DNA of 46,044 nt from Bdellovibrionales bacterium (lineage in GTDB: Bacteria; Bdellovibrionota; UBA1018; CAIMNF01), in assembly GCA_040380025.1 (NCBI GenBank), contig JBEIJY010000017.1, forward strand, positions 1 through 46,044. Reading direction: 5' to 3'. The stretch's first letter is position 1, and the number at the start of each line of letters is the position of its first letter. Positions 21,340 through 30,329 of this stretch are shown here, piece by piece. The notes below the pieces were generated by a model. That model saw only the letters and a program-made list of their open reading frames with translations. It did not search any database and was not told the origin of the DNA. The position numbers were made by a program, and so were the translations under genes.

Positions 21340-22422
21340 ATGAACCGGTTCAGGAGTCTTGCGATCGCCGCTGTTTTGATCATGTCGTTGGGTTCTGCCC
21401 CGGTGATGGCGGCGGGCGGGGAGCCGTATCGTCCGAATGCTTGTTTTCATCTGATGCGCGTGCTCGAGATGCCCGAGCTCGATTGGAAGAACCCGTTCTC
21501 TTCGATCGGCGAGTACTTTCGGAATCGCGCGGCAAAAAAAACACTCGGTCGCTTTGATTGGGACCATTACCGGTCCTACAAGCTCTCGTTCCGAGACACG
21601 GATGCGGCGTTTCCGCCCCTTGCGCCGGGAGTGTTCGAGGAGCATGTGGCGTGGTTTGAGGTGTATCTCGAGCGGAACCACGGAAAGATCTTTGATTTCG
21701 AGGAGGATCTTAATGCTCTTCCTCAAGATCGCCGCGCGCGGCTTTTGTCGTTTTTGAAGGCGAATCCTTTTTCAAAACCCTTAAGCGCGAATGCTGTGTA
21801 CGAGCGGCTCTATGAGTTTTTTGATCTGATCGATCATCGGCCGGTGGCGGCGTCCGAGTTGCTCGGACCCGCAGCCGACGAGGCAAAAAAAGAGATCATC
21901 GCGAAGGCTTTCGTCGTGAATGCGGTTTCGCACGGTATGGCTCGGTTTTTCGAGCAAACCGGGCATTTGAAACCCACGGGGTGGCGCGAGCGTCTGCGCG
22001 GGGTCCTGGATTCCCCCGTCATAACTACTGCGAAAGTGGCGGCATTCAATTCGGGGCTTTTGGTCGGGGTACCCTCGGTGTATCTGCCTGAGTTGAGCTC
22101 GATTCGCCTGACTTCCCAGGAGATCGACGAGGCGCTTTTGACCGGAAACATCGAAGCCCTCTACGAATCAAAATTCGCGATAAAAGTCCAAGACAAAGAG
22201 GCCAGGCGGGCCATCCTCCATACCCTTCGCAAGAGGGTAATCCAGGTCAGCACTGTCCTGACCTTGTTTTGGGGTGTTCAGGAGGTTGATAACCTTCTGA
22301 AAGAGGTCCGGCATCAGGAACGCGTGCGGATCGAGCAAGAAGAGGCGGCCGTCAAGGCCATGCAGGATGCGATCGAGCAGACGGACCGCGAGCTCGATGA
22401 ACTGCTCAAGATGCTGGAGTAG
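21340..22422 (+). CDS. Exported hypothetical protein with hydrophobic segments and C-terminal coiled coil
   Basis: Signal peptide, 360-aa ORF following the array after a 30-bp gap, SD-like GAGGA. Confidence 0.75.
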   Translation: MNRFRSLAIAAVLIMSLGSAPVMAAGGEPYRPNACFHLMRVLEMPELDWKNPFSSIGEYFRNRAAKKTLGRFDWDHYRSYKLSFRDTDAAFPPLAPGVFEEHVAWFEVYLERNHGKIFDFEEDLNALPQDRRARLLSFLKANPFSKPLSANAVYERLYEFFDLIDHRPVAASELLGPAADEAKKEIIAKAFVVNAVSHGMARFFEQTGHLKPTGWRERLRGVLDSPVITTAKVAAFNSGLLVGVPSVYLPELSSIRLTSQEIDEALLTGNIEALYESKFAIKVQDKEARRAILHTLRKRVIQVSTVLTLFWGVQEVDNLLKEVRHQERVRIEQEEAAVKAMQDAIEQTDRELDELLKMLE

Positions 22423-22434
22423 ATCGCGAACGGA

Positions 22435-23718
22435 TCACCAGGCCGGCATGCCGAAACACGAGCGGTACGCCGTGATGAACGAGGCGTAGCTCCAAGTCAA
22501 ATGCACGGCACCCTGCTGAAAGCCTGAGACGCGCTGAAACTGCTCGCTCATGTCGCCCTGGTCGTTCAGATGAAACAGTACCCGGTCAAACTGCGGAAGC
22601 GCGAGCCTCAGGGCGATCTCTTTTGAGTAGGCTCCGGCCCGTCCTAGGTCGCAGTAGAATTCCGCGGCCGCGAGGGTTGAAAGAAACCAAGGATTCCCCC
22701 CGGTAAAGCCGTTCCCGTCGTATCGGTCCTCGGGGTACCTCCCAAGAGCGACTCCCTGTGCCCCTGTGTCGCTACGGTTGATCTCATACAGTGTGCTGAA
22801 ATCGCGGATCAAGCCGCGAAGAGTGCGGAGGGCGGGAATGACAGGAACATTCATGGTTCCGTCGAAGGTGTGAAGGGCCGCCAAGATCACCGCGATATCG
22901 CGAGTGCTGGTTTTGTGGGGCAACCGGCTGGAGTGATCGACCGCATAAGCCAGTTCTTGAGTCACGGGGTCATAAAATCGCGCGAGCGTCTGCTCGATCT
23001 GTGCGGCTTGACTCCGGTAGAAAGAAGCAGCCCACGGATCATTCAGTCTGCTCGCAAGCTGGGCTCCCCTGGTGAGGGCAGTCTTTTGCACGGTCAGGGT
23101 ATAAAAATGAAGGGCTCGCTCTTCTTCCCAAGGATCAAAGCTCTGCTCGCGCCAGTGATGGGCGACATACTCGAGATCGCGTTTGACCAACGTGACCGCC
23201 GGAAGAACGGGGGCGTAGAGGCGTTTTTGCACGTCCTGAAAGCGCCCCTCTCTGAGCCACTCATTCGCGATCCGGATTGCGGTGATCGCGCGCAGGGCGG
23301 GGCCGTCGTTTTGAGGCCGGCCCCATGGGTCGTGGTTCGGTGTTCCGTCGAGATGAAACCTCGGCTCCCCCAGACCCGTGAGCGTGCTTTGGATTTGCAG
23401 GCGCAGCTCCCATTCAACCCAGCGATCGAGCTTTTTCAAGAGCGTGCTTTTCAGCTCCTTCGGCGTCGAGGGATCATACGCCAGCTCCGCCACGGTCTTC
23501 ATGGTGAGTGCAGTGTCGCGAACCCAGTTAAAAGAGTAATTCGGCTCGGACCGCGAAGGAGACGCCGTGATGGCGCCGTTTTCTTGAAGGTTCGCAAGCA
23601 TTCCCTGAACCGAGCGCTGGTACTGGGCCTCGAGCCGGGTAGAAGCCTGAGCCCGATGCGCGGGGAGGGAAGAGAGGACAAGGAACAGTACGGCGGTCAC
23701 GGATCGTGCATGCCTCAT
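22435..23718 (-). CDS. Glucoamylase, glycoside hydrolase family 15, exported
   Basis: ASPS..PNYSFNWVRD, WGRPQNDGPALRA, FDPWEE (acid), GRYPEDRY, GNPWFL, SEQF (base), LTWSYA. Signal peptide. Confidence 0.92.
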   Translation of the reverse strand: MRHARSVTAVLFLVLSSLPAHRAQASTRLEAQYQRSVQGMLANLQENGAITASPSRSEPNYSFNWVRDTALTMKTVAELAYDPSTPKELKSTLLKKLDRWVEWELRLQIQSTLTGLGEPRFHLDGTPNHDPWGRPQNDGPALRAITAIRIANEWLREGRFQDVQKRLYAPVLPAVTLVKRDLEYVAHHWREQSFDPWEEERALHFYTLTVQKTALTRGAQLASRLNDPWAASFYRSQAAQIEQTLARFYDPVTQELAYAVDHSSRLPHKTSTRDIAVILAALHTFDGTMNVPVIPALRTLRGLIRDFSTLYEINRSDTGAQGVALGRYPEDRYDGNGFTGGNPWFLSTLAAAEFYCDLGRAGAYSKEIALRLALPQFDRVLFHLNDQGDMSEQFQRVSGFQQGAVHLTWSYASFITAYRSCFGMPAW

Positions 23719-23770
23719 GACTTCCCGAAGTAGCGGATTCGTTCCGGTTTTGCAATGCGGAGGCAAGCAA

Positions 23771-24301
23771 TCAGCGTGAAAATTGAGCCACCATCGCAAG
23801 ATACCCTTCGGGAATGACGGGTAGGGCGCAAAACCGTGCATCCGTCACCGAGTGGATCGCAGTATGAATCGCACCCGAAAGCCCGGTGCGACGGAGCTTG
23901 CCGTAGGCTTCCTTTTTGACCCATAACTCAAGAAACCTCGTCCGAAGAACCTCGGGCGGAGTTTCTTTCTTTTCCAGTTCCCGGACCTCATCGGGATGGA
24001 AATATCTCCGGGCGATGGCGAGGGGCGATTCGACAGGCGTGCGATCCATACGTTCGAGGTCGACCCCGATCGGGCCTGCATCCGAGAACACAAGAACCGC
24101 AAAGCCTGTGGTGTGAGAATAGGAGAGTTCGATCGGGATGCTTCCGACCCATCGAGGTCCGTCTTCGCCGACTTTTAGTTCCCCCGAGGGATCACAGAGC
24201 GCTTTGCGTAGATGTGCCTCGATCTCGCGTCTTAGCGACATCCGGTCGCCCGAAAACCGGAACCACATTCCCCGAAAGGACCCGGACTGGAAGGATTTCA
24301 T
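23771..24301 (-). CDS. 4'-phosphopantetheinyl transferase (Sfp-like)
   Basis: LSYSH, IGVDLE and WVKKEAYGK motifs. ATGA overlap with the upstream gene sets the start. Confidence 0.85.
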   Translation of the reverse strand: MKSFQSGSFRGMWFRFSGDRMSLRREIEAHLRKALCDPSGELKVGEDGPRWVGSIPIELSYSHTTGFAVLVFSDAGPIGVDLERMDRTPVESPLAIARRYFHPDEVRELEKKETPPEVLRTRFLELWVKKEAYGKLRRTGLSGAIHTAIHSVTDARFCALPVIPEGYLAMVAQFSR

Positions 24302-24687
24302 CGTGGCTTGTTGAGCGGAGCGTAACTGCACCGGAAGACCGCCCGTTGGACGGAGTGGGGGTTCTCGAAATGCTCGAACACCCACGGCCCCCCGGGCACG
24401 GGCCCGAGCTGGGTCATGACGAACGGCGAGACGGTCCCGCGAGGATCACCCGTATTGCCCCGGATTTTTTGGGGAGCGACCACGATGTCAAACAAGACGT
24501 TCCCACCCAGATACTGCCGGTAGGCTCCGCCGTTGCCGGCGAAATTCGCGACCTCGCCTTCCACGCGCCCGTCCGGGGTCGTGGCAAACGAGATCTCGCT
24601 CGAAAACTGGTTGTCCTCGTGAACGCACTTCAACTGCAAGGGGTCGAGTACTGCCGAAAGCAATATCGCGGCGATCTGAAGCTGCAT
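24298..24687 (-). CDS. Small exported hypothetical protein
   Basis: Hydrophobic N-terminus, two Cys, fills the gap between the MFS and PPTase genes with coupled ends. Confidence 0.6.
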   Translation of the reverse strand: MQLQIAAILLSAVLDPLQLKCVHEDNQFSSEISFATTPDGRVEGEVANFAGNGGAYRQYLGGNVLFDIVVAPQKIRGNTGDPRGTVSPFVMTQLGPVPGGPWVFEHFENPHSVQRAVFRCSYAPLNKPR

Positions 24688-24709
24688 GATGGTTCATTTA
24701 TAAATAAAC

Positions 24710-25948
24710 TTAATAGAACTTGCCAGAGGATTCTTCGACATACGAAAGATCCCGCTCGAAGGTCTCGGGCAGAAGGAGTGCCGCGAGGAGGGCCAGGGTG
24801 AAGCAAACCCCGCCGATGAGCGCGCTCGACTTCACGAGCCCGAACGAGGGATTCAGCTGACCGAAGGCGAAGGTGATCGGAATGACCGAAGCGCGCATCA
24901 GGTTCGCCACCATGCTCGCGGCCGTGGTGCGCAGATTCGTGCCGAACATCTCGGCCGTCCAGGCGACGAGCATGGCCGAATAGCCGTTCCCGGCACCGAT
25001 CAAAAGACGCGTCCAATAGAATCCCTCGGCCGACATGTTCTCCGAGAACATCGGGTGAAACAGCGCAAGCATCGCCCCCGCTCCGATGAAAATAAAAATC
25101 GCTTTCTTCCGGCTTTTCAGCGCCTGACACAAAAATCCGCACAGGATGTCGCCCAGAATCGCGCCTAGGTACCCCATCATGATCGTCGTGCCCGCGCTGA
25201 CCTCGCCCCGGATTCCGAATTCGCGCGCGAACTCGGGCGCAAAATACGATAAAATCCCGGCCACATACCAAATGGGCACGCCGGCAAGGAGGGCAAGGGC
25301 GATCAACGTCGCTCGACGGCGGGAGCCGAACAACAGCACGAGCGATCCCCATTTGAGTTCGGCGCTCTCGGCGCGGCCGCTCAAAAACACCTTCGATTCG
25401 GCCACCCCGACGCGGGCGAACAAAAGGGCGAAGCCCAGAATCCCGCCGAGGCGGTAGGCATCCTGCCACGAGAGCTTTTGCGAGATCGAGCTCGAGAGCA
25501 CGGCCCCTAGGAACCCGAGTGCCGCGATGAAGGCCGTGCCGAGGCCGCGGTTCTTCTTCGGGAGGGCCTCGCTTGCCAGGGTCACCGCCGCACCGAGTTC
25601 GCCCGCCAATCCGAATCCCGCCAGGAAGCGAGCGGCGGCATAGGTCGCAAAGTCGACCACATAGGCGTTCAGGAAGGTCGCGGTGGAGTACAAAAAGATC
25701 GACGCGAAGAGTGCGGTCTTCCGGCCTTTTCGGTCGCCGAGCATCCCGAAAAAGATCCCCCCCGCAAGCATGCCCGCCATCTGCCAGTTCAAGAGGGCCG
25801 TGCCGGCCGAGAAGGCCGCGGCTCCCTCGATTCCGAGGCTCTTCAGGCTTGCGATCCGCACCACGCCGTAGAGCACCAGGTCATACAGATCGACAAAATA
25901 GCCGAAGGCCGCAATCCAGATCAGTTTCTGTTTCAAGATTTCGCGCAT
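24710..25948 (-). CDS. MFS transporter
   Basis: GYFVDLYD, GMLGDRKGRK (motif A), RFLAGFGLAGE, ~12 TM helices. The longer ORF upstream of 25948 is a shadow extension. Confidence 0.92.
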   Translation of the reverse strand: MREILKQKLIWIAAFGYFVDLYDLVLYGVVRIASLKSLGIEGAAAFSAGTALLNWQMAGMLAGGIFFGMLGDRKGRKTALFASIFLYSTATFLNAYVVDFATYAAARFLAGFGLAGELGAAVTLASEALPKKNRGLGTAFIAALGFLGAVLSSSISQKLSWQDAYRLGGILGFALLFARVGVAESKVFLSGRAESAELKWGSLVLLFGSRRRATLIALALLAGVPIWYVAGILSYFAPEFAREFGIRGEVSAGTTIMMGYLGAILGDILCGFLCQALKSRKKAIFIFIGAGAMLALFHPMFSENMSAEGFYWTRLLIGAGNGYSAMLVAWTAEMFGTNLRTTAASMVANLMRASVIPITFAFGQLNPSFGLVKSSALIGGVCFTLALLAALLLPETFERDLSYVEESSGKFY

Positions 25949-25966
25949 TTCTCCTACCGTACTCGC

Positions 25967-26683
25967 ATGGATTCCTGCGAGCAAGCCTCTGTGCACACCC
26001 CTGCGGACCCTGAAGATCCGCCCTCTCTCGCCCTTGCCCGCCTCGAGGAGGCCGATCTGCGGACCATTCCGCCGGGAATCACGCATCTCGAACTCGAGGC
26101 AGAGGCGGTTTTCGGGCAGACCCCGCGGGCACGGGCGCGATGGGTGGCGCAGGCGACAAAGCAAGACCTCATCATCATTCCCCGCCTGAATCTGCGCCTG
26201 CTCTCGCCCGAATCGGCAGAAGATCAGCTGCAAGAACTGCTCGAACTCTTCGACGGACGAGTGGAATTCGTCTTGTTCGCATCCGGCAAGAAGCAGTTCG
26301 AGCCTGAACAATGGGCGCGGTTTCGGGCCGTGCGAGAGCGCGCGCAGCAGAGCGGGATCCGCGTGTTCTATGAGTGGTCGCGCGCGGACACGCTCCTGAC
26401 CACCCGGGCGCTCCATTCCGGCCGCGAGCCGGTCGGAAGCGTCGTCGATCTCGATCACCACTGGCGGTTTGTTCCGAAGATTCCGCGTCTTTCTCTCGGT
26501 TCGTCTTCGATTCACTTCAAGCTCCATGGTTGGCATCCCGACCGTTGGATGCGACGATACGGCAGGGTGCTCGGAAGCACCCTTCTTGGTCGGGCAAGAA
26601 AGATCAAGTCGTCGATTCTCATTCTCGCCCACTCGGGACGGGGGGCCGAGGCCCGCGATTTCGTCCTTTGGAGGTCGTCATGA
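25967..26683 (+). CDS. Hypothetical protein, possibly a degenerate DUF72-like protein
   Basis: Stop overlaps the copA ATG (ATGA). HFKLHG...RRY is weakly reminiscent of DUF72. Confidence 0.55.
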   Translation: MDSCEQASVHTPADPEDPPSLALARLEEADLRTIPPGITHLELEAEAVFGQTPRARARWVAQATKQDLIIIPRLNLRLLSPESAEDQLQELLELFDGRVEFVLFASGKKQFEPEQWARFRAVRERAQQSGIRVFYEWSRADTLLTTRALHSGREPVGSVVDLDHHWRFVPKIPRLSLGSSSIHFKLHGWHPDRWMRRYGRVLGSTLLGRARKIKSSILILAHSGRGAEARDFVLWRSS

Positions 26684-28806
26684 GTGCATACGAAAAAACA
26701 TTCCTCGTGCAAGGCATGACCTGCGCTTCGTGCACAGGTGCGGTCGAGAAGGCGATTCTTTCGGTTCCGGGAGTCGAAGAGGCGAGTGTGAATCTTGCGA
26801 CCGCGAAGGTTCACGTCAAGATGCGAACCCCGATCGCTGACCCGGTGCTCGGCGAGGCCCTGACCCGAATCGGCTATGTTCCGGTGTTTCATGCGGTGAT
26901 CGATCCTTCTCGCGAAGAGCGCGAGGCGCGAATTCAAGTACTGTGGTCGGCGTTCCTTACGATTCCCCTGATTCATTTTTTTCACCTTCCGTTTTTTGTG
27001 CAGGGAATCCTGGCCCTGATCGTGCAAGTCCGCTTCGGGGGCCCGTTTTATGTCGGGGCTCTTCAGGGGCTTAGGCGGCGCACCGGCAATATGGATCTTC
27101 TGATCGCCGTCGGAACGAGCGCGGCCTTCGTGCTGAGTTTTCTTTCGCTGCACGCGTATTTTGAGAGTGCGGCGGGGATCATCACGCTCGTCAAGCTCGG
27201 CAAGTGGCTCGAGCTCCGGGCAAAGCATCAGACAGCCTCGAATCTTCGCGCACTCGAGGATTTGCGTCCGGTCACGGCCCGGGTTGTTTTCGGGACACAG
27301 GAATTCGAGATGCCCGTCAGCGGCGTGAAGGCCAAGGACCTCGTGCGGGTGCTTCCGGGCGAGCGGGTGCCGCTCGATGGAGTGATTCTGGAGGGGAAGA
27401 GCGAGCTCGATGAGTCGTTTTTGACCGGCGAGAGTGCCCTTTGCTTTCGCGGCGAGGGAGACCGGGTCCTGGGCGGCTCGATCAACACGGCGGGCGCCCT
27501 CCTTGTGCGCGTTTCGGCCGTTGCGGGCGAATCCGTGCTTTCGCAGGTGATCCGCCTCATCGAAGAGGCAAGCGCGAAAAAGCCGCCCATTCAACGCCTC
27601 GTGGACCGGGTCTCGGGTGTGTTTGTGCCGGTGGTGTTTGCGATCGCACTCGGAGCCTTCGCGTGGCAGGTGTTCGATGCAGGCGCGGTGACCGAAGAGT
27701 CCTGGATTCGTGCGATTGCGGTGCTCGTGATTGCCTGCCCCTGCGCCCTGGGTCTTGCGACCCCGACGGCCCTCATGGTCGGAACGGGGCTCTCGGCAAA
27801 ATGGGGAATTCTGATCCGCGACCCGGAGGCGCTCGAGCGCGGGGATCGGCTCTCTGTGCTTGCGCTCGATAAAACGGGGACCCTGACCGAAGGAAAGCCT
27901 GTCCTCGTGTCGGTCCAAGTGCATGAATCAGCAGAATCGCACGATTCGAGAGAGGCGCTTAAAATCGCGGCCGCTTTGCAAACCGGAAGCGAGCATCCGC
28001 TCGCGAGCGCAATCCTCAGGTACGCGAAAGAGCAGGGAATCTTGATCGAGCCTGCGAAATCCACGCACGCAATCCCCGGGATCGGCATTCGGGGCGTGGT
28101 GAACGGGGTGGAATACGCGCTCGGAAGTGCGCGCGTTCTGAAACCGGAATCGATCAAAGAGCCCGTGAATACTCATAGCGCCCGCACCCTCTCTTATTTG
28201 ATTATTCATTCCGACCGGCGCGTGCTTGCGGAGTTCCGGTTCGAGGACCAGATCAAGCCCGAAGCCCGGGAGTTCCTCCATGAGCTGAAACGAAGTGGAA
28301 TTCGGCCAGTGCTTCTGTCGGGCGATCAGGACGGAGTGGTGAAGGGGGTTGCCGAATCGCTCGGAATCGAAGACTTTCGCGGAGGGGTCTTGCCCGACGA
28401 AAAAGCGGCCGTGCTTTCGGAGCTGAAACGCCGGGGCGAGGTGGTCGGAATGCTCGGTGACGGCATCAACGACGGACCCGCTCTCGCGGTCGCCGATGTG
28501 GGCATCACCTTCTCGACCGGCACCGATCTTGCGATGCAGACGGCGGGAATCACGCTCATGGGGGGCGACCCCCTGCGGGCGCTCGATGCGATTCGCATCT
28601 CTTCTAAGACGCGGGCGAAGATCCGGCAAAATCTCGTGTGGGCCTTCTTGTACAATGTGATCTGCATTCCTCTTGCGGCCTCCGGAAAACTGAGCCCCGT
28701 CATGGCCGGTGCCGCGATGGCCTTCAGCAGTGTCAGCGTGGTCGCGAATTCCCTCCTGCTTGGTCGCTACCATCCGCGCGCACGCTCGGGGCAAAAGGTC
28801 TCATAA
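26680..28806 (+). CDS. copA: Copper-translocating P1B-type ATPase
   Basis: GMTCASC HMA domain, TGES, CPCALG, DKTGT, SEHPL, GDGIND, YN and MAFSS Cu(I) motifs. Confidence 0.92.
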   Translation: MSAYEKTFLVQGMTCASCTGAVEKAILSVPGVEEASVNLATAKVHVKMRTPIADPVLGEALTRIGYVPVFHAVIDPSREEREARIQVLWSAFLTIPLIHFFHLPFFVQGILALIVQVRFGGPFYVGALQGLRRRTGNMDLLIAVGTSAAFVLSFLSLHAYFESAAGIITLVKLGKWLELRAKHQTASNLRALEDLRPVTARVVFGTQEFEMPVSGVKAKDLVRVLPGERVPLDGVILEGKSELDESFLTGESALCFRGEGDRVLGGSINTAGALLVRVSAVAGESVLSQVIRLIEEASAKKPPIQRLVDRVSGVFVPVVFAIALGAFAWQVFDAGAVTEESWIRAIAVLVIACPCALGLATPTALMVGTGLSAKWGILIRDPEALERGDRLSVLALDKTGTLTEGKPVLVSVQVHESAESHDSREALKIAAALQTGSEHPLASAILRYAKEQGILIEPAKSTHAIPGIGIRGVVNGVEYALGSARVLKPESIKEPVNTHSARTLSYLIIHSDRRVLAEFRFEDQIKPEAREFLHELKRSGIRPVLLSGDQDGVVKGVAESLGIEDFRGGVLPDEKAAVLSELKRRGEVVGMLGDGINDGPALAVADVGITFSTGTDLAMQTAGITLMGGDPLRALDAIRISSKTRAKIRQNLVWAFLYNVICIPLAASGKLSPVMAGAAMAFSSVSVVANSLLLGRYHPRARSGQKVS

Positions 28807-28997
28807 AAAGCGCTCCCTCCTTGCCAAGGATTGATTTATCCGCGCCCTGACTTGGCGCGCTTGTTGCTTCATGCCTTCGCGGGTAACCAAAGCCTCAAGG
28901 GGCAAGGTGATCGGGAGCGCCCAATCCCAATCCTATCCCTACGCTCTCGACCAGGTCCCTTGAGGCTTCCCGTTTTCCCGCCCCCAAAGGAGAATCC

Positions 28998-30329
28998 TTG
29001 TTTGATTATCTGTTCCTCATCATCGGATTCGTGTTTCTTGTGGGGGCTCTCGATGATCTCTTCATCGACCTGATTCACCTGATGTTTAGGCCCGTTCCGC
29101 GGGTCATCCCGAAGAGTCTCTGGGAATCGTGGCGCGCGAAGCCCGAGCGAAGGCTCGCCATCATGATCCCCGCCTGGCAGGAATCGGCGGTGCTCGAGCC
29201 CATGGTTCGCACGAATCTGCGGCGGATTCGCTATCGCGAGTACAAGTGGTTCATCGGCGTGTACCCGAACGATTCCGAGACCATGGGAATCGCGCTCGAT
29301 TTGCGCGAGCGCTACCCCGAAAAAGTCGAGGTGGTGATCACCGACCGGCCCGGACCCACCTCGAAGGCGCATTGCCTGAACTGCATTCTGAAGCGCATCG
29401 ATGAGTCCCGCTACGACCCCTCGCTCATTGCGATCCACGACGCCGAAGATGTGATCCATCCCGATGCCTTCACGGCGATCAATGCTCAGCCTGCGACGCT
29501 GGATTTCATCCAAGTTCCGATCTTCTCGCTTCCGGTTCCGGTGAAGGATCTTATCTCGGGCACGTATCTCGACGAATTCGCCGAGATTCATCTCAAAGAG
29601 ATTCCCGTGCGGAAGATCCTCCGCATGCCGATTCCGAGCGCCGGGGTCGGGACGTTCTTTTCGGCGTCCGTGCTGAAAGAAATGGGCGAGCGATACGGCT
29701 ATATCTTTGACGAATCGAATCTGACCGAAGACTACGAGATCTCGCTCCGGATCGCGCGCTCGGGCGGAAAGCAGGAGTTCCTGCTGATTCGCGACGAAAA
29801 AGGCGAAATTGTCGCAACCCGTGAGTACTTTCCGCATGAGCTGAAGCGCGCGATCCGGCAAAAGACGCGCTGGACGACGGGGATTGCGCTCCAGACCACC
29901 GCCCGCTGGAAGGCCTTCGGGATTTTCTCGCGGATTCTCCTGCGCATTCGGGACCTGCCGCTCGCCTATGGCCTGTTCCGCGACCGGAAGTCCCTGTGGT
30001 CGAACCCGACTGTACTTTTTGCCTGGTTCCTCGTGCCGGTTTTTATGATCCGTGCGCCATCGGCGGATTCGGCTCTGGCCTTGTTTCAGGTCAATCTCTG
30101 CTTCTTCGGAGTCCGGATGCTCCAGAGGGCCCGGTTCTGTCGCGCCGTATACGGCAGCTGGCATGGGATTGTGAGCATTCCACGGGTTTTGCTCTCGAAC
30201 TTGATCAACTCGATGGCGTGTCTTCGCGCAATCAGGGAGTTTGTGAGCGCGCCGAAGGGCGGTCCCCGACGCGAGATCAAGTGGGACAAGACCGATCATC
30301 GGTTTCCGGATCTGAAGGAGGCGGCATGA
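28998..30329 (+). CDS. nfrB: NfrB-like family 2 glycosyltransferase (N4 glycan receptor synthase homolog)
   Basis: IPAWQES, GVYPND, GPTSKAHCLN, HDAED, YLDEFAE, PSAGVGT, LTEDY, TREYFP, RQKTRW, WDKTDHRFP. TTG start with SD AAGGAG. Confidence 0.88.
   Translation: MFDYLFLIIGFVFLVGALDDLFIDLIHLMFRPVPRVIPKSLWESWRAKPERRLAIMIPAWQESAVLEPMVRTNLRRIRYREYKWFIGVYPNDSETMGIALDLRERYPEKVEVVITDRPGPTSKAHCLNCILKRIDESRYDPSLIAIHDAEDVIHPDAFTAINAQPATLDFIQVPIFSLPVPVKDLISGTYLDEFAEIHLKEIPVRKILRMPIPSAGVGTFFSASVLKEMGERYGYIFDESNLTEDYEISLRIARSGGKQEFLLIRDEKGEIVATREYFPHELKRAIRQKTRWTTGIALQTTARWKAFGIFSRILLRIRDLPLAYGLFRDRKSLWSNPTVLFAWFLVPVFMIRAPSADSALALFQVNLCFFGVRMLQRARFCRAVYGSWHGIVSIPRVLLSNLINSMACLRAIREFVSAPKGGPRREIKWDKTDHRFPDLKEAA

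Noticed and set aside
25949..26632. N-terminal extension making the MFS 640 aa
   Set aside because: It overlaps the plus-strand gene at 25967. A good start exists at 25948.
28869..30299. 476-aa minus-strand ORF
   Set aside because: Antisense shadow of nfrB.
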